Below, in pieces: positions 9,635 through 19,354 of a stretch of 55,770 nucleotides of DNA. Both the position numbers and the translations under genes were made by a program. The DNA is from Candidatus Thorarchaeota archaeon. GTDB lineage: Archaea > Asgardarchaeota > Thorarchaeia > Thorarchaeales > Thorarchaeaceae. The DNA lies in the NCBI GenBank assembly GCA_020348985.1, contig CP070761.1:441980-497749 (forward strand). Direction: 5' to 3'. The stretch's first letter is position 1; each line of letters opens with the position of its first letter. Below the pieces are notes generated by a model. The model did no database searches. It saw nothing but the letters and a program-made list of their open reading frames with translations, and was not told the DNA's origin.

Positions 9635-11358
9635 TGGACCGTATCGTAATTGTCGACGGATATGTCGATGAACCTACTTGTCTCGGCGTTCCACCATACA
9701 TCAGCACATATCCCCGCTATATTTCCGGAGCCATCTGGACTCACTCCGTCGGCACAGAAGTCGTATACCAGACCATCGATCAAGTTCGGTCCTTCAAAGA
9801 GAGTGCATTCGACACGTGGGCCAGTGCAGACATGATATTGTTGATTGCAGGCATGATCGTGCCAGGGAAGTACACTGGCGGCAACCCGATATCGGTCAGA
9901 GAGGCTTATCGGTTCTTCTCGCAGGGTCGGATTGGGAACATTCCGAAGTTGCTCGTCGGTCCGTGGGGGCGACATGGATGCGGCTTGGAGGGTGGGAAGC
10001 TCGCCCTCAGTTCCGAAGTCCTGTCACCACCTTTTGACTACATTGTGTCAGGAGATCCGGAGGTAGTGATTGGGCTTCTGGCAAGCAGTGAGTGGAATCT
10101 TGAAGCTGTGGATTTGGGAGCTGTACGAGAGTCTTCGGAAACGATAGAAGAATACGCATTAAGAGGCACTCGTGTGGTAAAACAACATCCTGGTCACCGA
10201 CGTGGCTATCTGATCTGTGAGATTGAAACGTATCGCGGCTGTCCCAGGTACGTATCAGGGGGGTGCTCATTTTGCATCGAACCTCTTTCAGGTGAGCCGG
10301 AGGAACGAGCTCCGTCTGGAATCATCAAGGAAGTCGAGGCACTCTATAATCAAGGAGTTACTGCCTTCAGGATTGGACGACAGGCTGATCTTTTTACCTA
10401 TGGGTCGGACGAAATGGGAGTGGAGGAGTTTCCAACGCCAAATCCAGCTGTTATCGACAATCTGTTTGCCAAGATCCGTCACGTTGCTCCCAAACTGGAA
10501 GTGTTGCACATAGACAACGTCAATCCCGGGACGATAGCCAGACATGTTGAAGAGAGCAAGCTAGTGGCCAAGGCAATCATAAGACACCATACCCCTGGTG
10601 ATGTGGCGGCTTTGGGTGTAGAATCGGTGGACCCCGAAGTCATCCGCCGGAACAACCTGAAGGCAACAGAAGAAGAGGCTATGGCTGCCGTTCGGACATT
10701 GAACGAGGTCGGTGGAGATAGAACTGAGTGGGGAATTCCTCATCTGTTGCCTGGAATCAACCTTGTGTACGGACTCGATGGCGAAACCAGTCAGACTCTC
10801 GAATACAACTTCGCATTTCTACAGAAGATTGTTGACGAAGGGTTGACGCTTCGTCGCATCAACATCCGTCAGGTAATTGGCTATCAGGGAACCCGCATTT
10901 CTGGGAAGCAACGGTCCCGAATCAGGCGCCACGAATTCATCTCACACAAGGATGAGATACGCCAGAAGATCGACAAGACGATGATTGAGAGGGTCGCCCC
11001 AAAGGGGACAATTCTAAGGACTGCTTTCTTTGAACGTCATGAAGGCAAAACATCACTCTTGCGGCAATTGGGCTCATACCCTCTTCTATGCCACATGCCC
11101 AATTCTGAATACCAGTTCGAAAAGGCTGACGTATTCGTTGTTGACCATGGGCCTCGTTCATTGACTGTTCTCCCTTTTCCTCTCGATCTCTCATCGGCAA
11201 CTCTGGCTCAATTGAAGAGGATTCCAGGTTTCGGAGCAAAAAGAGCTCGTCGAATCAAGACAGGAGGTCCCTATCACAGTATCAAAGATCTGGAAGACGT
11301 ACTGGAGATGGAACTTCCTCAATGGCTGGAACACGTTCTAAAATTCGATGAGAAGTAA
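9625..11358 (+). CDS. Radical SAM protein with C-terminal helix-hairpin-helix (COG1031-like)
   Basis: DGYVDEPTCLGVPPY N-terminus, ETYRGCPRYVSGGCSFC, RRINIRQV, LKRIPGFGAKRA HhH. Confidence 0.88.
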   Translation: MALMDRIVIVDGYVDEPTCLGVPPYISTYPRYISGAIWTHSVGTEVVYQTIDQVRSFKESAFDTWASADMILLIAGMIVPGKYTGGNPISVREAYRFFSQGRIGNIPKLLVGPWGRHGCGLEGGKLALSSEVLSPPFDYIVSGDPEVVIGLLASSEWNLEAVDLGAVRESSETIEEYALRGTRVVKQHPGHRRGYLICEIETYRGCPRYVSGGCSFCIEPLSGEPEERAPSGIIKEVEALYNQGVTAFRIGRQADLFTYGSDEMGVEEFPTPNPAVIDNLFAKIRHVAPKLEVLHIDNVNPGTIARHVEESKLVAKAIIRHHTPGDVAALGVESVDPEVIRRNNLKATEEEAMAAVRTLNEVGGDRTEWGIPHLLPGINLVYGLDGETSQTLEYNFAFLQKIVDEGLTLRRINIRQVIGYQGTRISGKQRSRIRRHEFISHKDEIRQKIDKTMIERVAPKGTILRTAFFERHEGKTSLLRQLGSYPLLCHMPNSEYQFEKADVFVVDHGPRSLTVLPFPLDLSSATLAQLKRIPGFGAKRARRIKTGGPYHSIKDLEDVLEMELPQWLEHVLKFDEK

Positions 11359-11462
11359 TGGCGGGCCCGATGAGATTCGAACTCATGAACTCCAACTGAC
11401 TTCGAACCGCAGAGTACGGTTCCTAGAAGGCTGGCGCCCTATCCAGGCTAGGCAACGGGCCC
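11359..11462 (-). tRNA. tRNA-Arg(TCT) with 26-nt intron at 37/38 (intron ~11398-11423)
   Basis: CCAGC-CT-TCT-A[intron with GAACCG/CGGTTC stem]A-GTTGG; GGGCCCG acceptor; encoded CCA abuts the stop of the upstream CDS. Confidence 0.92.
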
Positions 11463-11574
11463 TACGACAGCGGTCAATCTTGTGTAGTCATAAAGCTTTC
11501 CGCCCGGTAGGTCAGCTCAGGGACTTGAAGCCAGACGAACAACCAATTTGTCAACAGAGCAAAGGAACAGAGAC

Positions 11575-11676
11575 GGGGGTCTGAAAGACCCCCTGGAGTT
11601 GGACGAGTGTGTGAAACCAAAGATGGTTCTCGTCCAACGGTGTAGGGTATTGGTCTGTATGAATACATCCTCCACC
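11575..11676. ncRNA. Candidate three-hairpin structured RNA/element
   Basis: GGGGGTCT-gaa-AGACCCCC; GTTGGACGAG..AACCA-aaga-TGGTT-CTCGTCCAAC; GGTG.AGG.GTATT..AATAC..CCT.CACC, back to back. Confidence 0.45.
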
Positions 11677-11684
11677 CGGGCCAA

Positions 11685-11921
11685 TCAAAGCACCACAAAT
11701 GAAGGAGGATACATTACGAAGTACTGAACTACTATCGCGAGAAGAATGCCGCTGAAAACAAGTCCTTTCCCTCTTTTCGTATTGGCTTCAGTGAACCAAA
11801 GTATTGCACCAGCAAGGATAACAATCACGGCTGACACTCTGCCAATGAAGATGAGAAACTCCCATATCTCAGCAAAGTAGCTTGCAATCATCGCCGCGAA
11901 GTCTGAGAGAGGGCTCAGCAT
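11685..11921 (-). CDS. Small two-TM membrane protein (VirB2/TrbC pilin-like pattern)
   Basis: Two hydrophobic helices joined by WFTEANTKRGKG; start chosen at Met21 of the listed ORF. Confidence 0.6.
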   Translation of the reverse strand: MLSPLSDFAAMIASYFAEIWEFLIFIGRVSAVIVILAGAILWFTEANTKRGKGLVFSGILLAIVVQYFVMYPPSFVVL

Positions 11922-11999
11922 TTCGATCACATGCACCTTCTTCACCGATACTGAACTGCTGCTGTAGCAATATAAACTCATGAAGGATTCTTGGCTCCT

Positions 12000-12782
12000 C
12001 TACTCACCCATGAGTCCTTCACAAAAAGCATGAATATTCTTTCCAAGATCCTCGTGATTGTAACCACCCTCTAGGATAGCATAACGTCGACCGTCGCAAT
12101 TCTGTTCAGCAAACTCGAACATTAGCTGTCCAATCTTTCCAAATGCTTCAGTCGTCAAGTTGCTTCCCCAGCACTTCTCGTATTGATCAAAGCCGGCCGA
12201 AGCAGCAATGATATCAACATCTGGGCTTGCATCCAATGATCGTTTGACATCCGCAAGGTATGCTTCATCGCCATGTCCCCTTGGATTGTGTATAGCAATT
12301 CCTTTGCGATGTCCTAGAATGTTGATATTTCCATCACCTTCATGCAAATCGAAGTCCAGAATGAAAGCGGACTCTATCTTCTTGTCTGCGAGAAGGTCAA
12401 GAAGCGAGATACAGACGTTGTTGTAGTAGCAGAAACCCCAGTAAGTGCCACGGGAGGCGTGATGTCCTGGTGGTCGCAGAAGTCCGAACGCCGGTTCTCC
12501 GCCTAGAGATATTCTGGCTGTCTGGATTGATCCGCCTGCAGCTAAGGCTGCCATCTCCGCAAGTAGATTCGAACGTATGTACTCACTGTCATGTTTGACC
12601 TCCCTCAACACATGAGGATCGTGCGCTCTGAGAATCTCTTCCCTGGTTGCCGGTCGTGCTTCTATGACCTCGTAATGCGAATAGCTCTCTAGAGTCTTGA
12701 AGGCACTGTCCAAGCGTCCTGGCGCCCCTGCAGGCGTGCCATCGTAGGACTCCTTCATCTTGGTATGAGTGACAACCTTCAC
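12000..12782 (-). CDS. Histone deacetylase family protein
   Basis: RPPGHHA, GFCYYNN, DFDLHEGDG, SAGFD, LEGGY motifs; likely GTG start at 12782. Confidence 0.93.
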   Translation of the reverse strand: MKVVTHTKMKESYDGTPAGAPGRLDSAFKTLESYSHYEVIEARPATREEILRAHDPHVLREVKHDSEYIRSNLLAEMAALAAGGSIQTARISLGGEPAFGLLRPPGHHASRGTYWGFCYYNNVCISLLDLLADKKIESAFILDFDLHEGDGNINILGHRKGIAIHNPRGHGDEAYLADVKRSLDASPDVDIIAASAGFDQYEKCWGSNLTTEAFGKIGQLMFEFAEQNCDGRRYAILEGGYNHEDLGKNIHAFCEGLMGE

Positions 12783-12923
12783 GTTTAGGAGTTGAAGCAT
12801 CGCACAATATCTGTGTATTGCAGCATGGGCACTGCCATACATCGACCGTTGGGAGATCTTTTGTGGAGAATCCCAGTGAATTGTCCAGCAATCCACTGGG
12901 ACTTGTTGTACACTCTTCGCTGT

Positions 12924-14252
12924 CTAGTTCTTCTTGCCCGATCCTGTTTCAGGAATGGCAAGACTACCCAAAGAATCTCTCATCAGTCCGTTGAAGTCGA
13001 AGCCCATCATTCTTGCCATCATCATCATTGGCAGAAGGACATTGGCAAAGACCTGAAATGCGCCAGCCCCGCCGGCACCCTCCTCTCCGTCCGCGCCTCC
13101 CATTCCACCGAACAGTGTCACATCACCTATGTCAATCTGCTCGTAGATGGCCGGCAGAATCTGGAGGAAATCTCTAGCAAAGGCCTGCGGGGAGTAGTCT
13201 CTCGCAGCCTCCAGGGTCTTTTTGATACCCTCGGCTTCTGCACTAGTGACCTTCAGGATCTTCTCGGCATCAGCCTCTGCGACAACACTAATTCTTTCTG
13301 CTTCAGCCCTGGCCTCTTGCAGAATGCGTTGTGCTTGCACTTCTACCTCTTGTTTGATCTTGCGTTGTTTCTCGGCTTCTGCTCCGAGTTTCGCTACCTC
13401 AAGATCCCTTTCGGCATCAACCTCAGCCTGTTGCTTCTCGTACCTCTTCTGCATCAAATCTTTCTGGAGCTCTATTTCAAGAACGCTCTGCTCACGTCTC
13501 TTCTCATCCTCCTGAATGGCTCTAAGCTGTTCCTGTTCCTGAACCCCAATTGCCCTATCTCGTTCGATTTCTTTTGCACGCACAACCTTAGTTCTCTCAA
13601 TATCCCGCGTTCCTGTTGCCTGCTCCGCCTCGATCAGGGCGATCTGAGCCAAACGATGCATTTCTGCTTCCCTTGGCTTTGACATGTCTCGTAGAAACGA
13701 CTCGTTTACGACAACGACGTCGACAAGCTCGACAGTGACAACCTTGAGACCCCATTCACTGACAATGTCAATCAGTTCTTTCTTGATGGCCTCGATAATC
13801 ACTTGTCGTTCTTCTAGGATTTCCTCAACAGCCAGCTGTGCACATGCAGTTCTGATGACCGACTCGATAATTGCAGTCAGGCGTTGAGGTATCTCCTTCC
13901 ACAACACATTGTTGATTGTGGCGATGGCATTCTCTGCCTGCCACTGAAGTACGGCACTCAACCTAATCTTCTGTTTTTCCTTCGATAGCACCGATTCTGC
14001 AGAGATGTTCAGCTGTTGAACTGTTCTGTCTACTGCTAGAATGCGGTCAAAGAAGGGAATTCTCACAACCATGCCGCCCTCACCCTGCTTGATGGCCTTA
14101 CCCCTGCGGAGATGTACATAGAAGACGTTCGGGTCAAAGATGCGAACATACTTTCTGATGTAAAACGCAAGGAGGATGACAATCAGAATCCCGAAGGAGC
14201 CGATTGCCAAAGCAGGATTCTGGGCGATTAAATCAAAGAAACTTTGAAGCAT
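12924..14252 (-). CDS. Flotillin/SPFH-domain protein
   Basis: N-terminal TM, SPFH domain, long EA-rich coiled coil (AEAEAE repeats). Confidence 0.9.
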   Translation of the reverse strand: MLQSFFDLIAQNPALAIGSFGILIVILLAFYIRKYVRIFDPNVFYVHLRRGKAIKQGEGGMVVRIPFFDRILAVDRTVQQLNISAESVLSKEKQKIRLSAVLQWQAENAIATINNVLWKEIPQRLTAIIESVIRTACAQLAVEEILEERQVIIEAIKKELIDIVSEWGLKVVTVELVDVVVVNESFLRDMSKPREAEMHRLAQIALIEAEQATGTRDIERTKVVRAKEIERDRAIGVQEQEQLRAIQEDEKRREQSVLEIELQKDLMQKRYEKQQAEVDAERDLEVAKLGAEAEKQRKIKQEVEVQAQRILQEARAEAERISVVAEADAEKILKVTSAEAEGIKKTLEAARDYSPQAFARDFLQILPAIYEQIDIGDVTLFGGMGGADGEEGAGGAGAFQVFANVLLPMMMMARMMGFDFNGLMRDSLGSLAIPETGSGKKN

Positions 14253-14517
14253 CTGTTGCTCTACTCACGACCTACATTTTCTGAGTGAATTGAGACTTTG
14301 AGAAGTTCGTGACGATTAGAGTGACTATCGTGCAACATTCCTAGATCCGACTGAGCATGCAAAATGATACATTTTCCTCTCACAATCTTTCAAATGAGAA
14401 AGATTCGATTGGCTCATCTGGCTCTATTCACGCAACCTCGGTACGAAGGTCTCTCCGAGTCCTTTCCTCTCGGAAGTCTCACACTCATGGTTAATTTGGA
14501 ATTCTGTTGATATAAAT

Positions 14518-15408
14518 CTAAGCAGCAATCTCTGAATTTCTGTCCTTCTTTCGTCCACTTTGTTTAGACTGACCCTTGGCAACCTCTTCTCTCGAGTCAA
14601 CATATACTAGCTTCTCGTTAGCGGACACAATGTAGAGTGGTGTACCCTTCTCATATACAATATCCTTCTTGAGTGAGCGAGCATGAAACCTACGCAACCC
14701 CATCTCTGTTTCAAGCCTGACTTCGCCAAAGTCATCTCTAATAGTAGTGGCTGCTTCAACTTTCCTTCCAACAATGTGGCGGGGGCGAATCAGAAACCCT
14801 GATTCAACAAACACCCGGCCCAGAAATGTGTGAACGCCGTACACTACCAAGAATACTCCAATCAAGTGGAAGCCAAGTTTCGCAAAGAAAGGCCAGAGTA
14901 GTCCTTCATAATAGACAACGCTACCGATGAATCCAAAGCTGACAAGACTTGTTCCAATCGTAACACCAAGTGGGGCCCCGCCCTTTGTTTCGAAGAATCC
15001 AGAGTGACTCTCAGTTTCAGTAATGACTCCAGGGTCAAAGCCCTCCTTGTAATCGTGTTCGTGTTCTACATGGCTGCCCACATCATGATCGACAGGATGA
15101 TGGAATTCTTTCTCGACGTCATGATCCACGTCGTGATCTGTATCATGTTCAATCTCATGTTCCACTCCATGATCGTAGGCATGATCGACATCATGATCCA
15201 CGTCATGGTCCATGTCATAATCCTTCTCAACTCCGTGGTCTGCCCCATGGTCATAGTCTTTCTCTACATCATGCTCTGTTCCATGATCAGACATTACGGA
15301 GAAAACCCGTCCAAGTATGAACATTCCAAAGGTGTAGAACAAACCAACAACCAGAATTCCCACTGAGACCTCCCTAAGCAAAGCTGCTACTGCGGCTAGT
15401 TCCTGCAT
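14518..15408 (-). CDS. NfeD/YqiJ-like membrane protein with His/Asp-rich repeat loop
   Basis: TM - (DHDV/EHDV)n - 2 TM - OB-like C-terminus (IVGRKVEAATTI..FGEVRL); upstream of flotillin. Confidence 0.75.
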   Translation of the reverse strand: MQELAAVAALLREVSVGILVVGLFYTFGMFILGRVFSVMSDHGTEHDVEKDYDHGADHGVEKDYDMDHDVDHDVDHAYDHGVEHEIEHDTDHDVDHDVEKEFHHPVDHDVGSHVEHEHDYKEGFDPGVITETESHSGFFETKGGAPLGVTIGTSLVSFGFIGSVVYYEGLLWPFFAKLGFHLIGVFLVVYGVHTFLGRVFVESGFLIRPRHIVGRKVEAATTIRDDFGEVRLETEMGLRRFHARSLKKDIVYEKGTPLYIVSANEKLVYVDSREEVAKGQSKQSGRKKDRNSEIAA

Positions 15409-15596
15409 TCCCTTATCCGCTGGCTCCTATCCAGTTCAGTCAGCGTTCGAAAGCGCTTACTCATGTTTACTTACGCGTTTGTTGATATAAAGCTGAGTAA
15501 CCAATCAATGCAAAACGAAAGGGATTGAGCAAACAGAGGTGCTATCCGTCTGCTCCAAACTCGAATGAAAGGTGGATGGGGCGAAGATTGTTCGCC

Positions 15597-15905
15597 CTAC
15601 CCGAAGAGACTTCCGAGTCCTGCAGTGAACTCTTCTTCCTCTTCCTTCTCTTCTTCCTTCTTCTCCTCTTTGGCCTCAGCTTTTGCTTCAGCTGCTGCTG
15701 CACCTGCTGGTGCTGCTACAGCCATTGGCATGGATGCACCTTTAAGGACCTCTTCAATGTCGACGTCCTTTAGGGCAGCGATTAGCGCCTTTATCCTGCC
15801 CTTGTCAGCCTTGACACCGGCCGCCTCTAGGACAGTTTCCATGCTTTTGGCGGTAACTTTCTGACCTGCCTTGTGGAGCAGAAGTGCGCCATATACGTAC
15901 TCCAT
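15597..15905 (-). CDS. rpl12: Ribosomal stalk protein P1/L12
   Basis: [11 protein letters not shown], Ala-rich hinge, EEEE..GLGSLFG tail. Confidence 0.97.
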   Translation of the reverse strand: MEYVYGALLLHKAGQKVTAKSMETVLEAAGVKADKGRIKALIAALKDVDIEEVLKGASMPMAVAAPAGAAAAEAKAEAKEEKKEEEKEEEEEFTAGLGSLFG

Positions 15906-15924
15906 AGTTTTTACCTCTAATTAC

Positions 15925-16941
15925 TCATCCAAATAGGCCGCCTATTCCCGCGACCGCTTCTTCGTCGTCCTCATCCTCTTCAGGTTCTTCTTCTGTTTCT
16001 GCTGGTTCAACAGCCTTGTCCTCAGTAACAGCTGCCGCAGCCGCGTGAACCTGTCCAAGGACCTCAGCTGGGATTGTCTCTGGATCCCGTTGGGCCAGAG
16101 CAGAAGCCAATGCAAATGCTTCACCGCTAGCCTTCGAAAGGAATTCAGGGAGCAAGTCTGGGGAGAAGAAGCTGATATTCAATGCAAGACTTCTAGCCTC
16201 TATTCCAGCCTTGGCAACCAACAACGCCATTGTCTCTTCAGTGGGATATCCTATGTTTATTGACAGATTTACTGCCAACTGATGACCTGCTACTACTTGA
16301 CCAAGAATCTCTTCAAGATCAATCTCAAAGCTGTCCGCAGTCAGAATCTCTCCCTCAGTGAAAGCGGCGATGAGCTTGAGCTGCAGTTCCATTGGCTCAA
16401 TGCCAAGCCGAGTCAGCATCTGAGCCATTGCATTGCTGATTGTTCCGCCTTCTTTGACCGCAACTACATCGTCTGTGATGTGGATTACTCCGCCTTTAAC
16501 TCTGGAAGGAATCTTCAGTGCTGCAAGTTCACTGATGAATGGACCTGGAGCTACACCAGTGTTCATAGCAGGCACCACGATATCTTTCGGAGATACCTGT
16601 CCTCCCTTGGCCGGTGCAGCAGCCTTGTTGTCACTCAAGAACTTGCTCAGCGTGAAAGGATCCTGATTACTGAAGATAAATGCCACAGGTCCTGTGACGA
16701 ACTCTGTGAGATCCTTTATTCCCTTCAACTTGGTCTGTTCAATCGCTCTAATCATCAGCGTGTTTCGGGCCATCCTTATAGTCGCAGAACCCCTGAGACT
16801 ATCCCTTATTCCATGAAGCTGCTTTGCACCTACACCCTCAACATTCACAAGCCCAACCATCTGGCTGTCTTCAATCTGAGATACAAGTGCTCCAACAGCG
16901 TCTATCTTCCATTGAGGTATCTTTCGTTCATAGACAGACAT
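15925..16941 (-). CDS. rpl10: Ribosomal protein uL10/P0
   Basis: PQWK, MARNTL, APAKGG, GIGGLFG tail. Confidence 0.97.
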   Translation of the reverse strand: MSVYERKIPQWKIDAVGALVSQIEDSQMVGLVNVEGVGAKQLHGIRDSLRGSATIRMARNTLMIRAIEQTKLKGIKDLTEFVTGPVAFIFSNQDPFTLSKFLSDNKAAAPAKGGQVSPKDIVVPAMNTGVAPGPFISELAALKIPSRVKGGVIHITDDVVAVKEGGTISNAMAQMLTRLGIEPMELQLKLIAAFTEGEILTADSFEIDLEEILGQVVAGHQLAVNLSINIGYPTEETMALLVAKAGIEARSLALNISFFSPDLLPEFLSKASGEAFALASALAQRDPETIPAEVLGQVHAAAAAVTEDKAVEPAETEEEPEEDEDDEEAVAGIGGLFG

Positions 16942-16946
16942 CTATG

Positions 16947-17603
16947 TCACCTCTTTACGACCACACTGGGTCCCATTGTCGTTTTGACAATCAGACTACC
17001 CACCTTGTCAAGAAATCCTTTGCCTTCGATGAAGGTCAAGATGGACTGAACATTGTCTGCAATCTCTTGATCTCCCATTCTGACATGCCCAACCTTGACA
17101 TGGAAAGTGGGGGTGTTTCTCATTCTGACTTTCACAGTTCGATGATATTGACTAACAACTGCACTCAAGTCTGCTTGTGGTGGGAAAGGCTTGGGCATCT
17201 TGCCTCTTGGACCAAGGGCTTGTCCAAGATACCGACCAACAAGTGGCATTGAATCAAGAGATGCAATGAAGAAGTCATGACGCTTCGCAAGTGCCTTCCT
17301 TTCTCTCTTTTCTTCACCAAGCTTTGGAATGTCATCCTTCGAGACAACAGTCTCAGCACCTGCAGCCTTTGCCTTATCGGCGAACTCTCCATCACCAAAA
17401 GCACATACCTTTGCCGGAGGAAACAGAATGTTGGGAAGTACGACCTCCTGGTTTAGCCTGTTCTCAGGCTTTGAAACGTCAAGCTCTTTCTTTCTGAAAT
17501 TGACCGAAAGATCGAAGCTCTGTTCAAACTTGATCTTCTTCTCGGTTCCCTTCGCTCTAGCTTCAGCAATTGCCTCCACGATTGAATCAAGACTGTAGGA
17601 CAT
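16947..17603 (-). CDS. rpl1: Ribosomal protein uL1
   Basis: FEQSFDL, LGPRGKMPKP, KTTMGP. Confidence 0.97.
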   Translation of the reverse strand: MSYSLDSIVEAIAEARAKGTEKKIKFEQSFDLSVNFRKKELDVSKPENRLNQEVVLPNILFPPAKVCAFGDGEFADKAKAAGAETVVSKDDIPKLGEEKRERKALAKRHDFFIASLDSMPLVGRYLGQALGPRGKMPKPFPPQADLSAVVSQYHRTVKVRMRNTPTFHVKVGHVRMGDQEIADNVQSILTFIEGKGFLDKVGSLIVKTTMGPSVVVKR

Positions 17604-17606
17604 CTT

Positions 17607-18110
17607 TTATGCCTCCCTCAACAGCCCTTCCAGCTGAGAATCCCACTTTCCTTCGCGGACCTCGGCCTGAAACTCCTTTGCGGACATGTCTTCGATTGTC
17701 ACGCCCATCGACACACATGTTCCTGCCACAGTCATGACAGCGGATTTCATTGTAACCGCAGAGAGGCTTGGTTCCTTCGCCATCGCAATTGTCTTCAACT
17801 GATCTACTGTGAGATTACCAATTATGGCAGTGTTTGGCTCTCCAGAGCCTTTTTCCTGCCCAATCTCCTTGAGGATGAGTGCACTGGTCGGTGGTGTACC
17901 AACTTCAACTTCGAACTCCTTCGTATCAGGATTGACGACTATCTTCACTGGCACTTTCAAACCAGAGAAAGGCTGAGTGACTTCATTGATTTTCGTGACT
18001 ACTTGGAAGATGTTGACACCAGTCGGACCTAGTGCAGGACCAATCGGCGGGCCACCGGAGGCCTTTCCACCCTCAACCATTGCCTCAACTATAACCTTCT
18101 GTGAACTCAT
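17607..18110 (-). CDS. rpl11: Ribosomal protein uL11
   Basis: GGKASGGPPIGPALGP, PPTSALI, GTCVSMGV. Confidence 0.97.
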   Translation of the reverse strand: MSSQKVIVEAMVEGGKASGGPPIGPALGPTGVNIFQVVTKINEVTQPFSGLKVPVKIVVNPDTKEFEVEVGTPPTSALILKEIGQEKGSGEPNTAIIGNLTVDQLKTIAMAKEPSLSAVTMKSAVMTVAGTCVSMGVTIEDMSAKEFQAEVREGKWDSQLEGLLREA

Positions 18111-18341
18111 CTCTAACACGACTCCTGATGCAGTACACTCGACGGACCCGCAGTCCCATCGGCTATGTCGACAGAAAGGACAGAAGTGTTGTTTAATCCT
18201 CTACAGTCTACTGCATTCTTTGTCACGTTTTTTCACCCCGGATACTTCGTCATGCGAACGTATCAGATTAAGGAGTAAACTGCTGCCACGAGAGTTCTGT
18301 TTTAAGGATTATGGCCTCGCTATCAGAATACGATGAAGGCA

Positions 18342-19031
18342 CTAGTCCTCGTAATCAGCACCACGTGCCCAGAATGAGTCCTCATCTAGCTCATCATCTT
18401 CCAGTCCAACCTCATCTTCATCGGTAATCTCATCGATTGGCTCTACGCGTCTCGCCTTCTCAACGATTTTCACGAAGTCAGCGTGAACGCGAATCGGTAT
18501 TGTGTGAGGACTGTCCAGTAGCTCAAGAATCAGCTCCTCCTTTGCAGTCTCCACCCTGCTGACTCTCGCACGTTCGCCTTTGAACGGACCCGAAATGATC
18601 TCGACAACGTCACCTTCCGCAACGCCCTCAACAGCTGGAGGCGGCGCTAAGAACTTGTCAATCTCCTCAAAGCTGACCTTGCCTCCGACTCTTCCCCGTA
18701 CATGGGGTACGCCGGAGATAGCTAGCTCAACATCACGGAACTCTAGAGTTTCAAGAAAGACATATCCTCTGAGGGTCTCTGGGACAAGAATGGCTTTCAC
18801 TCTTCCAAGCAACTGATTCTGAGAAATGAACTTGGGCTCGCCGCCCTTCTTCTTCTTCTCTTCCTTCTTCATATGGTCAAGAGTGGCTTCCTTGGAAGCG
18901 AATTGTTCAGCACAGTGTGGACATTCCCAAACATCAGTCTCACCAATGACTGCAGTTGTCACTAAGTCCGCTACTGACCTTTCCTGACTTATCGTGGTTC
19001 TAATTGCATAGATACTACTCTTAGGTGGCAC
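18342..19031 (-). CDS. spt5: Transcription elongation factor Spt5/NusG with Zn-finger-like insertion
   Basis: IYAIRTT..QE, LRGYVFLE (NGN), GDVVEIISGPFKGERARV (KOW); position between secE and rpl11. Confidence 0.93.
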   Translation of the reverse strand: MPPKSSIYAIRTTISQERSVADLVTTAVIGETDVWECPHCAEQFASKEATLDHMKKEEKKKKGGEPKFISQNQLLGRVKAILVPETLRGYVFLETLEFRDVELAISGVPHVRGRVGGKVSFEEIDKFLAPPPAVEGVAEGDVVEIISGPFKGERARVSRVETAKEELILELLDSPHTIPIRVHADFVKIVEKARRVEPIDEITDEDEVGLEDDELDEDSFWARGADYED

Positions 19032-19073
19032 TATTCCGCCCCCCTTGAAGACTCGACATAGCTGATGCTGTTA

Positions 19074-19253
19074 TTAGCCGCCCCAGCCACTTGTAATTAC
19101 GGTCATCAGATATTGGATTATGAAACTGAGCATTCCAACAGCGACCATGGCCAATAGACTAACTCTGGTGCTCATCCAAAGCTCAGTTCTCGAAGGCTTG
19201 GTGGCGAGCCTCAGGATACGTCTACTCTCTTTGATGAATTGGCTGATTCCCAT
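19074..19253 (-). CDS. secE: Protein translocase SecE/Sec61-gamma
   Basis: FIKESRRILRLATKPSRTE plus TM; ftsZ-secE-spt5 synteny. Confidence 0.92.
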   Translation of the reverse strand: MGISQFIKESRRILRLATKPSRTELWMSTRVSLLAMVAVGMLSFIIQYLMTVITSGWGG

Positions 19254-19354
19254 TAGGGCACACATCCCTGTCTGGAACTGCTTCAACAGCTTCCAATAAC
19301 GAGGCCAGTCTCCTTCAAACTGCTCTTAAAGCTTGCTGAGCAAACATAGACGTG

